63,750 nucleotides of DNA, filler included, from Reclinomonas americana ATCC 50394 (GCA_048213135.1; 4 parts of 3 records of this genome joined end to end with filler, not necessarily neighbours in it), one strand, 5' to 3'. Counted from the whole stretch's first letter, positions 25,451 to 39,456 are shown. The notes: generated by a model from the sequence alone, not told the origin. A program made the numbers and translations.

Positions 25451-25654
25451 GTCGCAAAGACGATGCATCGATGCACCATCAGTGCCATCAGTGATAGTGA
25501 TCTGTGTGTCGCTGGCAAAGAGTGCGGCAGTTGCTTATCATGCTCGTGTTTGGGCAGAGTGCGTGTTCTTGTCAGGCGCATGGGCGCACATGTTGTGGCG
25601 GGTGAGTGAGCCTCACGCCTTGCTCTCTGCTCCCTTAAGTCTCCTTCCCTTCCT

Positions 25655-25709
<55 letters not shown>

Positions 25710-26218
25710 CGTCGTTCGTTCGTTCGTTCGTTCGTTCGTTCGTTCGTTCGTTACTTANNNNNNNNNNNNNNNNNNNNNNNNNNNNNNNNNNNNNNNNNNN
25801 NNNNNNNNNNNNNNNNNNNNNNNNNNNNNNNNNNNNNNNNNNNNNNNNNNNNNNNNNNNNNNNNNNNNNNNNNNNNNNNNNNNNNNNNNNNNNNNNNNNN
25901 NNNNNNNNNNNNNNNNNNNNNNNNNNNNNNNNNNNNNNNNNNNNNNNNNNNNNNNNNNNNNNNNNNNNNNNNNNNNNNNNNNNNNNNNNNNNNNNNNNNN
26001 NNNNNNNNNNNNNNNNNNNNNNNNNNNNNNNNNNNNNNNNNNNNNNNNNNNNNNNNNNNNNNNNNNNNNNNNNNNNNNNNNNNNNNNNNNNNNNNNNNNN
26101 NNNNNNNNNNNNNNNNNNNNNNNNNNNNNNNNNNNNNNNNNNNNNNNNNNNNNNNNNNNNNNNNNNNNNNNNNNNNNNNNNNNNNNNNNNNNNNNNNNNN
26201 NNNNNNNNNNNNNNNNNN

Positions 26219-29200
26219 CCGAGGAGCAGCAGCCGCGCGCTTCGTCAGCAGACCAAGATCAAGACGTGACAGTGACCATTGCCGTGCCACTCTCCCTCGG
26301 CGATCTCATGCGACGCGAGGAGGAGGCCTACGAGACCGTGATGAGCGAAATCATTCGTCAAGTGCGTTGCGCCCACCGCACTGCGTGCTTTGTCTCTTTC
26401 CCCACACCAACCCGTCGTCCACGTGCAGGTCAGTGTGCACTGCTCGGAGCGTGGTCTGCTGCTGGCGCGCATCTACCAGCGATACAAGCGCATGATAGGT
26501 GACATGCCGCAGCAGCTCAGCACCAAGGACGCGGAGATTCACCGCCTGTCGGTGACGGTGAGCGAGTTGGTGGTCGACAAGGCCAACCAGGAGAAGAAGC
26601 TGGCCGCTGCTGGTGGGTGAAGCGCGCCTTGCAACCTCTGCCTTCTCTGTGTGTGTGCTCACATGCTGCGCAGAGCGCCTGATCAACGAGTTGCGAGTGG
26701 CGGAGCAGGACGTACGCATGCTGAACGATGCGCTGGAGGCCAAGGTGCTCGGCCTGGTGTCGGAGACCAAGAAGGCCACCGTGCAGCGCAACGAGGCCAT
26801 GGAGGAGACGGAAAGGCAAATTGAGTGGCGTGCGGCGCAGGAGCAAGTGAACAAGCAGCTGGTGGCGGAGAGCAAGGCCGCGCAGAAGCGCATCCAAGAG
26901 CTGCGCACCGAGGCCGATTCGACGAGGGCGCTGTACATTGCCGAGCAGGAACAGGTGTGTGGTGGTCACCGAGCACATGTTTCTTTGTCTCTTTCGTAAG
27001 CGACTGCACTCGCGCAGACACGCACCACGCTAACCAACGTTCTACTCACACACAACACACATTCTTCCCCTTTCTCCTTACATGTTGTCTCAATTTACGA
27101 GCACGATCGCCCCGAGATATCTCCTGTTCATCTTCCCCTCTCTTTACGACACACCTGCACTCCGTCGTTCGCTTACGCTCGTAGACTATACTCGATACCG
27201 TCCCTCCTGGTCATCCCGTCCACGTGTTTCCTCAATGCACACTTGCAAATTCTCACACGTCCACGCTCTTTGGTACTATTCTCCTTCATACGCCCTCCCT
27301 TTTTGTCTTCCCCTTCACTGCTTACCTGCAACATTCTCACTCATCCCTGGACACTGAGACAATTGTTTTGCAAATGCCCTCTCTTTCCCCTACAGCTCAG
27401 CTCTCACGCCCACACTCCCCATTTCGCAGTTTCTCTCTTCCTGTCTCTTCCGCCCGCTTATTTTTACACGCATCCGAGACTCATCTGCAAGACCACATTG
27501 TCCTCTTCTCACTGAGTGACATGCGCGACGCACTCTTCTCTCCATATCCGTTCCTCTCATGCATCTCGAGATATATTGCTCTCCATCGCTTCCTCGTTCT
27601 CTCGAACACTCGCACTTTTCCTCCTCTCCCCTGCCAACCCCCCTTCTTCCCCCCCTTTCCCCCTTACCTTTCCCTGTTCCCCTCACATCCCTTTCCCTTT
27701 TCTTCCCTGTCTTCCTCAGTGCGCCTCCCTCCGCCGCGCGGTGGAAAACGCCGAGCGCGACCGCGAACGCTCGGAGACCGACCTCAAACTGCGCACCGAG
27801 TTGCTGCAGCAGCACATTGCCGAGCTGGACGAGTGCCGTCGCACCGCCAACCTCGCCGAGAGCGCACTGGCACGGAGGGACTCGGCGATCGAGGAACTGC
27901 GCAACCGGCTGTCGGCCGAGGCGGCACTGTCCGCGTTGCGTGTCAAGGAGTCCATGGAGAGCGGCTGCAGTCCGCGTCGCGTGCTGCTGTCGTCGGTGCA
28001 CTGCCAGACGAATCCCGTTCGCATCGTCTCGGCCGCGGCCACTCCACTGGCCTCGCCTCACATTCCTCCCTCGGCCAGCCAAATGTCGCTGGAGTTGCCG
28101 CCGATGGCTGGCTCGGATGGTGGCAATGGCGGTGGTGGAGGCAGCGAGGGTGACGCCGACGAGCATCGCACTCTGTCGGCGTCGTCTACACAGCGCACAG
28201 CCTCCACCAATCGTCTCCGACCGCACAGTGCGGTGGCGCAGACCGACTGGGATATGGAGCAGGCCGGTCGGCTGTCGGAGGCACTGACGCAGCTGCAGCG
28301 AGTCGAAGACGAGCTTCGTGACGAGCGGTCACGGGCGCACGACGCTGAACGGCGTGCCACTCGTGCGGAGGATGCGCTGGCCGAGGCGAGCGCCGCCATG
28401 GAACAGCTGCGTGCCAGTGGAGGAGGTGCGGGCACGCTAACCAGCGGTCTGTTGTCGGCATTCAGCACGCCGGCCAGTGCGCGAAGCACGACGTTGAGTG
28501 TGCGGTCGCGACGTGGATCGTCGAGCACTGCCGCCACTGTGGAGGTGTGTGATCGAGCGGCACAGACAGAGGAAGCGTGGCCTGCGTCCAAGCCGGCAGC
28601 TGCGGTGCGTGAAACATGATCCCGTTCTCACTCTCTCTCTCTCCCCTCCCTCCCTCCCTATTTCTCGCCCTTCTCTTTCACTGTCGCTTTCTCTCGCTTT
28701 CTCTATCCCCCTCTATTTCCCTAATTTCATCTATTGTTCTCTTCTCTCCTTCCCTCTATTTCCCTTCGTTCTCCTTCTCTATCTCCCTTTCCCTCGCTTT
28801 CCTCCCTTCCCTCCCTTCCCCTCATATCCCTTCCCTTCTCCTTCCCCTCCCTTCCCCTTGCATCCCTCGCCACAGACGGCCTCGGCGGGCACGGATCCAC
28901 CGAGCAACCGATCCGGTCGCAAGCCACCATCATCAACGAACGCCTCACGACGGAGTACTCCCGCCGCGTCGCGCTCGGCCTCATCGAAAACTACCCCTCG
29001 CGTCGACTCTGCGCCAAAGAAGGGCAGCAGTGCGCGCTCACTCGATCCGAGTCTGTCGGCCTTCACCGCTGGTCTCGACGACGAGGACGAGGACGCTGAT
29101 CGTCTCACTGTACCATCGTCGGGAGAGCGTCGTCGTGCGTCGCTTGCCAACATTGTGCCAAACTCGTCGCGACCCGTGCCGAGCATCAGCATCGAAGACC

Positions 29201-32200
29201 ACGTGCGTCATCGAGTCTCTCTGCTTTTTCTTGCTGCTGTGTGTGCGTGTGTGTTCTCACTCTGCAACACAGCACGAGGGATCGCACATGCTCAGCGACG
29301 TCGATGCCGACGTTGACGGGGTGGCCAGTAGTATCGACACTGCGTCACGGCCGACGTCGGCGCGCGAGCCCGCCGTCAGTGAGGCCACCACCAAGGCGGT
29401 TCGTCTCTTTTTTTGGTGCTACTTCCCCATCCCATGCATCGATGCACACATTCGCTGACTTGCGGGGGCGTGGTGACAGCTGGCGTCACTCGGCAGTGAA
29501 CTGGCGACCTGCACGCGCATGGCTTGCGGCATCTTGGAACACATGCGCCGCGAGCCTGCCAAAATCGCCAACGGTGCAGACTCGCTCATTGACGAGCTGT
29601 CGGCGCCGACCGATGCCAAGTCCACCGAGGCGTGGGTGGAGCGTGCGCACATTTCTGCGAATGAGCTGCGCTCGGTGCTGAACGAGATCGACATTGAGTT
29701 GAGCCAGCAGACGCTGCACTTGGTGTCCGACGGCCTGCATCCGTTCAGCGACGATGAGGACGACACGTCCAATCAGCAGCAACAACAGCAGGAACAGCAG
29801 CAGCAGTCATCCACACAAGATGACTCCAACGCGCCTGCGACGTCGTCGACTGGCCGTGGACGGCGCAAGAAGAGTGCGAACAGTGGCAGCCGCAAGGGTG
29901 GTCGCCAGCACGCAGTCACCGGCGCCGCCGACGCGCGCAGCTCCATGTACGGCGCACGACGAGGCAGTCTGCGCTCGTTGTCGCCAGCGCAGCGTGCGGC
30001 GCGCAGTCCATTCTTGCGACTGTTGTCGATTGACAATGTTCGCTACCGCGAGGTCAGTGTGAGCCAGGCAGGTGTCGCTCGGGGAGTGGTTTTTGATACA
30101 CAATTTGACACACAGACAAAACCGCTTGTCTGGCTGGTGCGCACTATTCGCTCTCTCTACGACGACAAGATCCAGGCCGATGTGGTCGCCGACCGTGAAA
30201 ACAATGTGCGCGAACCACTGAACCGCTTCACGTATCGCTGGATTTGCAACAAGTACGGATTGCCGCAGTTGGCCGACCAAGTGTGCTTTGATTTGTACAT
30301 GGGTCTGGAGGCGCATCGCACGCACTCGCTTGAAGTCGACCTCTTCCGCAAGTTCATCGACGACGAATTCAACACGGATCAGCTCAGCTTCATGTTGTTG
30401 CGTGCTTGTTTTTTTCTATGTGGTGACGGGCGATTCTCTCCTCTCACCACCTCGCAGTGCATGCCGTGCGCTGGCCGAGGGACGCCGAGTGGCGCAGCGG
30501 GGATCCGGTCCGGATGCGCCGTCTGTGAACGAGCTGCAGGAGGTGCGATATGTGCCGATGGTGCGAGTGGCAGGTGAGGCGCATCTATACAACAAGCTTG
30601 CAGTGTGTCATGACATGAACTGATTAATTTCTCTCTCTTTCTTTTTTCTCTCCGTTCTCTTTTGCTGCCTTTGCGGTCTGTTCTGTCCTCTTTAATCCAT
30701 TCCCTTCGCTCTTTCTTTCCATTCATGTTCCTCATACTTTCTCTTTTTCTCTCATTTTCATACTTTCCCTCGCTTCTCACTCGTTTTCTCTCTCCTCCTG
30801 TTCACCTCGTCCACGACTTTCGAATTCGTTCTCCCCTTCCCCCTCTCTCTTCCTTCCCCTCTCAATACTCTGTTCTCCCGTATCTTGTTTCTTCTCTCCT
30901 TCCCCCTCGCTTTCTTTCTTCCATTCTTCTCCTCCTCCGCTTTCCTCCCCATCTCCTCCCCCTCTTCTCCAGCCATCGTGTACCGCATGTTCCCATACGC
31001 CACCGAACCGGAGCGAGTGCGCTGCCTGGAGGAGATTGACGGCAGTGCCGAGTCGTTCCAGGAACACAATGGGGTTCGGCACAAACACACACACACACAC
31101 ACACACCCAGCCTTCTCGCCTCTTCTCACCTCTTTGCACCCCTAACAGCAATGGCAGCGACGAGTGGAAATGCACAAGTTCCTGCACATGTGCCTGCTGG
31201 AGTACCGCAAGGAACAGCTGCGCTTCCGACAAATCCTCACCACACACTTCCAGCAGCAGGAGATGCTCGTGCATGCACAAGACGAGCTGCGAAAGCACCA
31301 GCTGTCGCCGGAGAATGCAGTCTTCATGCCATCGCCCTCTGCCGGCTTTTCTCCCACGGTAGGCTTGGCCGTCCTCACGCGCAGTTCCCTGCTTTGTTCT
31401 CGTAGCTCATTTTCATGCACTGTGCAGCATCGCCTCATGCACGGACTCGCCGTAGACCAGTGCGTGGTGGTCGTGCTGGCACTCTTCCCCAAGGCCCCAG
31501 AGGAGGCGGTGGCGCAGTGGTTTGTGTCGGCGCTCACCAAGGCCATGGGCGTGTCGGAGGTGGAGGCGTACCTGCCGGTGCTGCCTGCTGTCGACACGCA
31601 CACGTTCCTGCGTGTTGTGTTGGACCGACAGTTTGTGCTTACGCACTCGGCACAGTTGCGAACGGAACAGAGTTGCTGTTGCATCCTTCAGCACTTGCCG
31701 TCTGACATTTGCGCACCCGCAGCACACTTTCACGCGAAGTCACGGGCGTGCTGAACATTCTGCGACCCATCACGCCACCCACTCGTCCTGCCTCGCCACC
31801 GATCGAAACGCAGGCAGTTGTTCCACGCACAGTGCAACTCGGTAGGGCTCCCATCGCTCCCATCGCTCTCTGTCTCTGTGCCACTCCCTTTCACAATCGC
31901 TTCTTCTCGACTGTTTCTCTCCATCACTTTCCGTTGTACATCTTCTCACTGTTGCATATGTCAGCTTTCTCTCCATCACTCTCTTCTTTTGCCATTCCCT
32001 TTCATTGTAGTTGTCTCTCTGTCTGTCTGTCTCTCTCTCTCTCACCCTCTCAATCTCTCTTTCTCTCGCACCATTGTTCCCTTTCTTCTTTTCTCTGTTT
32101 CTAACATGCCTTGTTCCTCGTGTCGCAGACATGTCCGTGTCGGCCGATTCCATCCTGTCGCGCTCGCTCGGCAGCATGCCCAAACTCCACTCCTCCCTGC

Positions 32201-33009
32201 GTCCGTTGACGCAGCATGTGGAACTCGCTCCGCAGTCATCGTCTTCTATCGCCGGTAGCAGACAGCACGCCGCCGACCGTGAAGTAGTTGCGTCTTGCTA
32301 TCGCTTGGTCTGTGGCTGGAGAAAAAGAGCGACTGATTTCCGTTCACTGTACGCAGTCACTGTCGTCGTCATCGTCGTCGGCAATCGTCGTCGCCGCCCC
32401 TCGCACCACTGCTGATGCACGCGATCGACGCAGTACATCGCCAGTGCTGAGAAGAGAAGGGCGCTCACCGTCGCCGCCCAGTGGCTTCCGACCGCCGACC
32501 TCGCTCGAGGCCGCCGTGCTGGAGCGCCTGCACAGATTACTCGCTCGCCACTGGCAGCGATTCTCAACGGTGCTTTACCGGGTGCTCGACCGGTCGTGCG
32601 GCCCCTCCGGCATGCCATCGACGCCACAGCAGGATCCGCAGTCGCCGCAGTTGCAACGACAGCCGTCGCTTCGCGTGTCCACCCTCCTGAACGCCGTTCG
32701 CGTCATGGAATCGGTGCGTGTTGCTTGCCCTCGTCCCCCAGGTGACTCTCCTAACAACATCTGTGCCAGACGGTGTTGCCGCTTGTCGATCCCAACTCAC
32801 CCGACGCGCTGATCACCATTCCGGCGCTGCGCACTGCCGTCGATTTGTACCGTGATGTGCTGCTGCGCATCGTGTCGATCACCAGCACGGCGCCGACGAC
32901 CAGTACGAGTGCGGCGGACGTGGATGTGCAGGATCGAGAAATGAGCCTGCTGGAGGATGCCATTGTGGTGCGCGACGACTGGCACTTGCGGCAGCACAAG
33001 AACGCCTGA
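26219..33009 (+). CDS. Large coiled-coil protein: axonemal dynein light-chain domain plus a TSNAXIP1-like C-terminal region (many exons)
   Basis: EEEAYETVMSEIIRQ/VSVHCSERGLLLARI is the p28-domain signature. It is followed by long coiled coils and KPLVWLVRTIRSLYDDKIQAD...NKYGLPQLADQ...EVDLFRKF. Stop at 33007-33009. Confidence 0.72.
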
Positions 33010-33088
33010 AAGTGGCGAGTGTACTCTGTTTCGGTGAATGATTACGTGTGTAGGGTGTATTAACAAATTGTATACGGTGGTGGGTTCG

Positions 33089-36000
33089 TTATTGTGCTCC
33101 GTGGCTCCTCGCAATGAGGCGTTGCAAGGCGAAATTGGGGTAAATGAGTGGGTGAACGAGTTCATGGCCGGTGACCGGGTCGGTCAGTGGCATATTCTTT
33201 GCTTTGCATTCCTGTATGTGGCTCTGGATGACCTGCTCGACAAAAACACACAAAGGAGTGAGCGTACATCAGAGAAGTCGACTGACTGGAAAAAAGGTAC
33301 GCACTGTGCGGTCGTACGAGCGCCCGCTGGACAGCACCACTGGCTCACTCATCACCTGGCCAGTGAGCGGATCCAGCATTTCGTCAACCACTGGGAAGGG
33401 GTTGTCGGCAGAGGCGGTGCGAGCGAGACGGCCGTGCAATGAGCCGTTGGCTCGCCGCGATGACGAACCACCGGTCAAAATGTGTTCCTCATCGGCGGCC
33501 GACGATGCTGCAGAACGGTAAGCCGCTGCAACTGACAGCGTACACTGCAACAGGAAAAAAAACTCACCGGCGACGTAGTCGGCCATCTCAAACTCCTTCT
33601 TCAACCCGAAGAGCGACGGCTTGGGGATGTTTGAGGTGGTGACCACGGTGTCCCAGAAGAGCGCCAGTGCCTCCACCGTGTCGACACACACGTCGCTCAG
33701 ACGCTCAATGACCAGTTGCACGAGTTCCGGGCGCCACTGTCGCTTGTGGCCCACGGACTGCACAAATTCGGCAATGGGCATGTCCGGGTGGATGCGCGGC
33801 TGCGTGCCAACACCGCCTCCAACCAAACCACCGCCGCCGACACCGACACCGACACCGCCAACGCCACCGCCAACGCCACCACCACCACCACCACCTCCGT
33901 TGAGGTCGTAGTCATACTTGCCGTCCATGTCGCCACCGTTGGCAGCCGATGCCGCCGCCGCCGCCGACGCGAGACCCATGGCACGCATTCCATAGAAGCT
34001 ACCGTCGGGTGCCGGTGGTGCGGCAGCGTTGGAGTAGCGTGCGGCCGAGTGAGGTGGCGGCACGAGCAGCGCCGTGCCAGTGCCGGGAGGCGTGTCACCT
34101 GCGCCTGCACGCGGCTTCACCGGCGACGGGAATCGCTCCGTCGAGCTGTCGTACTTGTCGAATCCGCCATCGTTGTTGAGTTCGTGCCCTTTTCTGCCCG
34201 TCGCCACATCGATCGCCGCCAGCGTCGCGATGTGCATACCCAAGGCAGCTGCCATGAACTGCTGCTGCTGCTGCTGCCGCTCGTAGTCGACGTATGGAGG
34301 TGGCGGACCGGAGGCCACAGGTGGCGGCGCAGCGGCACTCGCCACCGGGTAGCCACTCATACGCGTCACGTGATGATGATGATGCTGTAGCTGTTGATGA
34401 GCAGCTACATCATATGCAGGCGGCGCCGAAGCGAGAGGCGGAGGCGGAGGCGAGGGAGAGGAGCGCGCCAGTGGTGGTGGCGCCGCCAACGTCAGCGAGT
34501 TCCGTCGACCTCGCAGATCCGGCGGCAAGTTGGCCGCCATTCTGTAGTCCACCAAGTTGGCGGAGAACGGAGGTGGAGGAGCAGCAGCCGCAGTGGCGAG
34601 AACCAGAGGCGCGCTCACGTTGCCGTCATCGTCAGCAGCCGAGGCAGCAGAGACAGTGGTGGTCGTAGTGGTCGTGGCAGCGGCGTGCACAGTCTGTGGG
34701 TGGCGTGGACCCGAGCGCACCACCTTGTTGACAATGGACACATTGCAGGCGACAACATCACCGCGATCCTCCTGTGCCACGCGTGTCAAACCAACGGGGT
34801 AAAATAAGGGAAGGGCAATCCTCGCATCTTCTCTCCTCGCCACCCCGCTATCTCCCTGAAAAGGACAGGAACAAAACACAGGCTCCCTCTACCCGGGCGT
34901 CTTTCTCTCCTCGTCACCCCGCAGACTCCCTTTCCACTCCCTTTTCCCTCCACTTGCCACCCCTGTTCCCTCTAATCCCATTCTATCCCTGCCCCTGTTC
35001 TCTCTCTCCCTCGCGCCCTCCTTTCTCCTCCCTTTGCCCTCCAGTTGTCACCCCTCATCCCTTCAGTCCCATTCTATCCTCTCTTTGCTCACCCATTCCA
35101 CTCGCTTTCTCCTCCACTTGTCACCCCTGTTCTCTCTCTTCCTCGCGTACTCCTTTCCCCTCTCTGTGCCCTCCCTTCTCATCCCTCCAGTCCCATTCTA
35201 TCCCTCTCCGTCCCCTTATCGCCTCCACTTGTCACCCCTCATCCCTCCAGTCTCTCCTTGTCATCCGTTTTCCTCTCCTCGCCACCTCTCTTCCTCCAAT
35301 CCCTTCCGCCTCCACTTGTCACTCCCCTCCCTTTTCCCCTCCCTTTTCCCCTCCCTTTTCCCCTCCCTTCTCCCCTTCCCTTTCCCCTCCCTTCTCCCTA
35401 CCTGGAACTGCACACCAAAGCGCAACCGCGTGTGCCCATTCTTCAACACCACGCGCTCATCCGTGCCGAAACGCAATTCCTTCCATGCAAAGTAGATGCC
35501 GCGATCGCGACCAGAGATCTCCGCGTATCGACTGTGATAGATGAACCCATAGCTCTGCTCACACACGCACACAGACACAGAGGCAGTGAGCATGAGAGAG
35601 AGAGAGAGCGTGCACTCAGTCTCCACTGCGCAACATTCTTAATGTGGCGCAACAGAACGCCCTCGTACACTGTGCCCTCGGAGAACACCTCACGGAAGAA
35701 GAGCAGGCGTGCCATGCGGTCATCGCCTGTGCGCAAAGAGAGTGAGACAGCAGGAAGATGAAGAAGAGAGCAACTCTTCTTTTACCTCCTCCTCCTCCTC
35801 CTGGAGTGACCGCAAGAGGTGGCGTTGCGCTCAGTGGGGTGGCACGCGCGTATTGCTTCTCATCGCCACCGTCTCCGTCGCCTTCTTGCATGCGTGAGTG
35901 TCTGTGTGTGTGTGTGTTCTTTTCTCCGCAGAAGTCGACAAATGCGCTGATTGTCATACCAGTATTTGAGTACAAATTTGGCTGTCGACTCTGTGCGAGC

Positions 36001-36745
36001 TTTTGCTGCGTCCGGGAACTGGTTATGCGGTAGTTGGTGACAGCTGATCGCTGTGTGAGTGTGGTTGGAGATGGTGGGGATGGAATAGAGTCTGCGAGGA
36101 ACGAGAAACTTGTGCAACGTCGACGACGATGCACGACGTCGCGACGTTTTCTGTCACGCAGGCGTCGTGTTTACTCGCTGCCCAGCGCCTAGCCTGCTGG
36201 TAATACATCAGTGGCGCGTACCTCGGTGGGTAGCTCCGCTGGTCTGGCTTCGTCTTTGACGACGTCTGTGAAGCGCGTCAGTCGACGTTGACAAGACCGA
36301 AGACTTGCGCGACATGCAGCTCACCAGTGGGTAATGGATTTGATTCAGTGAGTGCGGCGGTGGTCGCTGTGTCCGTTTCTGCAGGGAGCACTGCACTGGC
36401 TAGTGCTTGGTCCGCTTGTTCGACCGCAACTGCGACCTCGAGCTCAGCCGCTGCGAACCCGCCATGACTGTGAGGCCCAAAGCGGCAGTGCTCGATGCAA
36501 CTTGCATCACATCACGCAACTGCTTGACGCAGCTGGCACCTCGGCGGCCTGCAGATCCGCTTCCGACAACACTTGTGACCCTGCATTCTTTCAAATGAGC
36601 GTGCGATCCCCTTGCTCGCCAACAAGATCGACCGCACCCTGTTCCACAAGCAGATCAGTAGTCGGCGCCGCATTCTCTGTCAGCGAAACCGCGCTGCTAG
36701 CGACGGCCACGGCGTCCTTTTGTGCATTGTCGACGCTCATCGATT
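33089..36745 (-). CDS. Cold-shock (OB-fold) domain + Pro/Gly/Gln-rich region + SAM-like helical domain + C-terminal U-box protein
   Basis: CSD RNP-like motifs: YEGVL...SYGFIY...RGIYFAWKEL...LKNG..LRFGV. SAM-like segment: PDMPIAEFVQSVG..IERLSDVCVDTVEAL. U-box: MLDPLTGQVMSEPVVLSSGRSYDRT/VIQSH..TDPVTG..IYPNFALQRLI. The 5' exons are uncertain. Confidence 0.7.
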
Positions 36746-36900
36746 GCACTACCGCTTCTTCCGGACTCGAAGATACCACTGCTAGTGATCCCAGATCCGC
36801 TGTGTGTGAAGCAAGTGAGCCACAATTACTATACGTACATCATCGTCGTTCGTGTGGACGAAACTCTGTTCCACTGTAGAGTCAACAGTGGCGGAATCTG

Positions 36901-37800
36901 TTACGAATACGCGATCAGCAACGAGTCTTCATCGGGTGCTGGCAACCACCAAAGCAACAACTGCATTCACCTGCACGCACGTCCTCCACGGCTGCCGACT
37001 GGGCGAGATTGAGCGCCGACTCTGCCGAATTGCAGCGCAGTGAGTAACGGTCAGCAGCGCGATGATCTTCAGTCCCACAAAGAACTCGCCTTGAACCAGT
37101 GCCGCCACTCGCCGATCCTGCTCCTCACTCAACATGACAACCCACACCACAATGCCCACTGCACCACCGCCCACAGTGAGCAGTCAGGCACTCCACACAA
37201 CCTCATTTGTTGCCTCACCAAGAGCGCCAATGATGGTCAACACAATCGCCGTCTGAAACACACGCGGTGTGCACCAGCCGCCCGAGGCCTGCACACACGC
37301 GTGACAACACGTGAGCGGCTTGCTGGCCAGCTCCGCCGCCAGCAGCTCATCGCGAGCACTGGGAGGCTCACTGGCCGGCAATCGTCGCGGCCGTCGCGCG
37401 CGCTGCCTCCTCTCTTCGCTCTCACTGTCCGGGTACTGCGGGTCCTCCAGGTCACCCGGCATGACCGCGTACAGCTGATGCTCGCGACGTGCGGCCGCCA
37501 CGAGCACGGCCAAGCGACGCAGCTCTTCGTCCGACAGCCGTTCGCTCATCACGTCCTCCATGTCCGCGCTGCCGGGTGGCGACGTTGGCTGCCGGTGTAA
37601 TGGTGGTGGTGGTGACTGTGGTGATCGTCGCGGGGAGACATCGTCCGCGAAGCGCACTCCACCACCACCGCCGCGCATTCTTCTCTCGCACAATGCGTGG
37701 AAATCGATCGACTGGTGCTCCGTCGTGAATGATGGCGACGGTGGCGGAAGGCCGCCGGTCTCTAGGCTGTCGGAAGCACGCGCGCACAACTGTGGCAATG
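36901..37800 (-). CDS. Hypothetical membrane protein
   Basis: A long Pro/Ser-rich ORF is followed by hydrophobic segments (TAIVLTIIGAL, GAVGIVVWVVML, FFVGLKIIALL) joined by short introns. Start unclear. Confidence 0.45.
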
Positions 37801-38129
37801 CCGCAAAAAAAGACGAGACACAAAGAACGTCGTCAATGCAATACATGCACAAAGCCGTGTCTCTCCTTGCCTCCACGTGCGCCTCTCCTCACACCCGCAC
37901 GCATGCATCATAAACAGTCGAAACAGCACTCTGCACTCTCCATCTCCGCCACAGTGGACAGGAAATATTGCAATCCCGACTGACAAGATGGTCGTCACAT
38001 TGGCGGACGACGGGCGTAGCCACGTGCACTCTCATTCACTGCACCCTAACTCCCTCTCTGTCTTACGACCCACCACCACCACCACCACACTTGAAACACA
38101 CTCATACAAAGGAGACACACACGCACACA

Positions 38130-38617
38130 TTACGTGCCGAGTTCTCGCCTTTCCCGTTCCCGAATGCGGTCGAGCTCCTCTGGTGCAGCGCGATCAGACG
38201 CCACGAGCTTTTGCTGCAAGGGAGAAGAAGGAGGAAGTGGAGAATGATGAGTACCAACGCGCCCACTGACTGACTCGCACCACACACACGAACCTGCACA
38301 GCGCGCTTCATGCGTTCCTGCTCTGTCAGATCCACGGGGTCGCCTGATCCACTCGCACCCCCACCAACCTCGTCGTCGTCTCCACTGCTTCCACTCGGTT
38401 GCTGGTACCCATTCGCACCTGCGACTGCGGTGCTGTTTGTCTTGGCCTGGTCCATGGTCATGCGCTTGCGCTGTCGCTGCTCAATCGTCATGCGTGACTC
38501 ATCCTTCACGTAGCCGGCCGAGTCGACGCTGTGTGCGTCGTCGTCGCCGCCAGTGGCCAGTCGCCCACTGCCGTTGCCCTCTTTCACAGAGGATGACTTG
38601 CTGGATTTGCAGCCCAT
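38130..38617 (-). CDS. Small hydrophilic protein with an N-terminal dual acylation motif (MGCKSSK), 2 exons
   Basis: MGCKSSK...RMKRAVQ / QKLVASDRAAPEELDRIRERERRELGT*, joined by a GT-AG intron. Confidence 0.65.
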
Positions 38618-38897
38618 GATGAAGATGATGATGTTGCTCTGTACACAACGTTGCACACTGTTGTTCTGCTCTTTTTCTCCTCTCCTCTAGCACACACAGA
38701 CAGATGACAAGCAAGCCACCCGAGCTCGTCACTGTGACGCAAAGTGCAACAACGAAATTTGAAGGCGCGGAGAAATTTCTTGTTTGGCGCACATTCATTG
38801 CCTCACAAGCTACTCCGAAGTCAACACTTACTCATTACCCTCTGTGCAACTGAGCGAGCGCGGGAAGAAGGAGACGCGACGTCATTGATTCCGACGA

Positions 38898-38997
38898 NNN
38901 NNNNNNNNNNNNNNNNNNNNNNNNNNNNNNNNNNNNNNNNNTTAATTAATTAANNNNNNNNNNNNNNNNNNNNNNNNNNNNNNNNNNNNNNNNNNNN
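38898..38997. other. Artificial scaffold linker N44-TTAATTAATTAA-N44
   Basis: Same linker as at 22634. Confidence 0.95.
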
Positions 38998-39456
38998 CAA
39001 CTCTGGCGTCTAGAAGGCGAAGAGATGGCAGCGAGAGAGAAGGGGAAAGAGGTGAATGTGTCGTGGGTGCTTGAAAGAGAATGCAAACTGGAAAAGTGTT
39101 GAGGTGCAAGCAGTGGAAGACAATGCACGAGTGGCGAAGGATAACAATGGAGTGACGCTGGCATGTGAACTGCAAGGACAGGGTTGAGTGGAGATGGGAG
39201 GCGGAGGAGGGGTGCCAACAGAGAGCGGGGGAATAGACGGAGCGAGAGAGATGTGTGGGAGAAGGCTAGGACACAAGTGCAGATGAGAGCATGACGTTGT
39301 GAAGCACAGACGGGTTGAATGGGTATGCGAGGTGGAGAAGAGGGGGGAGAAGTTGTGGAAGAAACAGAGTGGGAGGGCACAAGTGCAGACGAGAGAATGC
39401 ATGGCAACGCGGGGGGGGGGGGGGGATGCGACCAATGGCTGACTTGAGCGACACAG

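Noticed and set aside
25700-25757. (TTCG)n / (GAAC)n tracts next to (CT)n at gap edges (also 54539-54582)
   Set aside because: These are simple repeats or read-end artefacts at contig ends, not telomeres or functional arrays.
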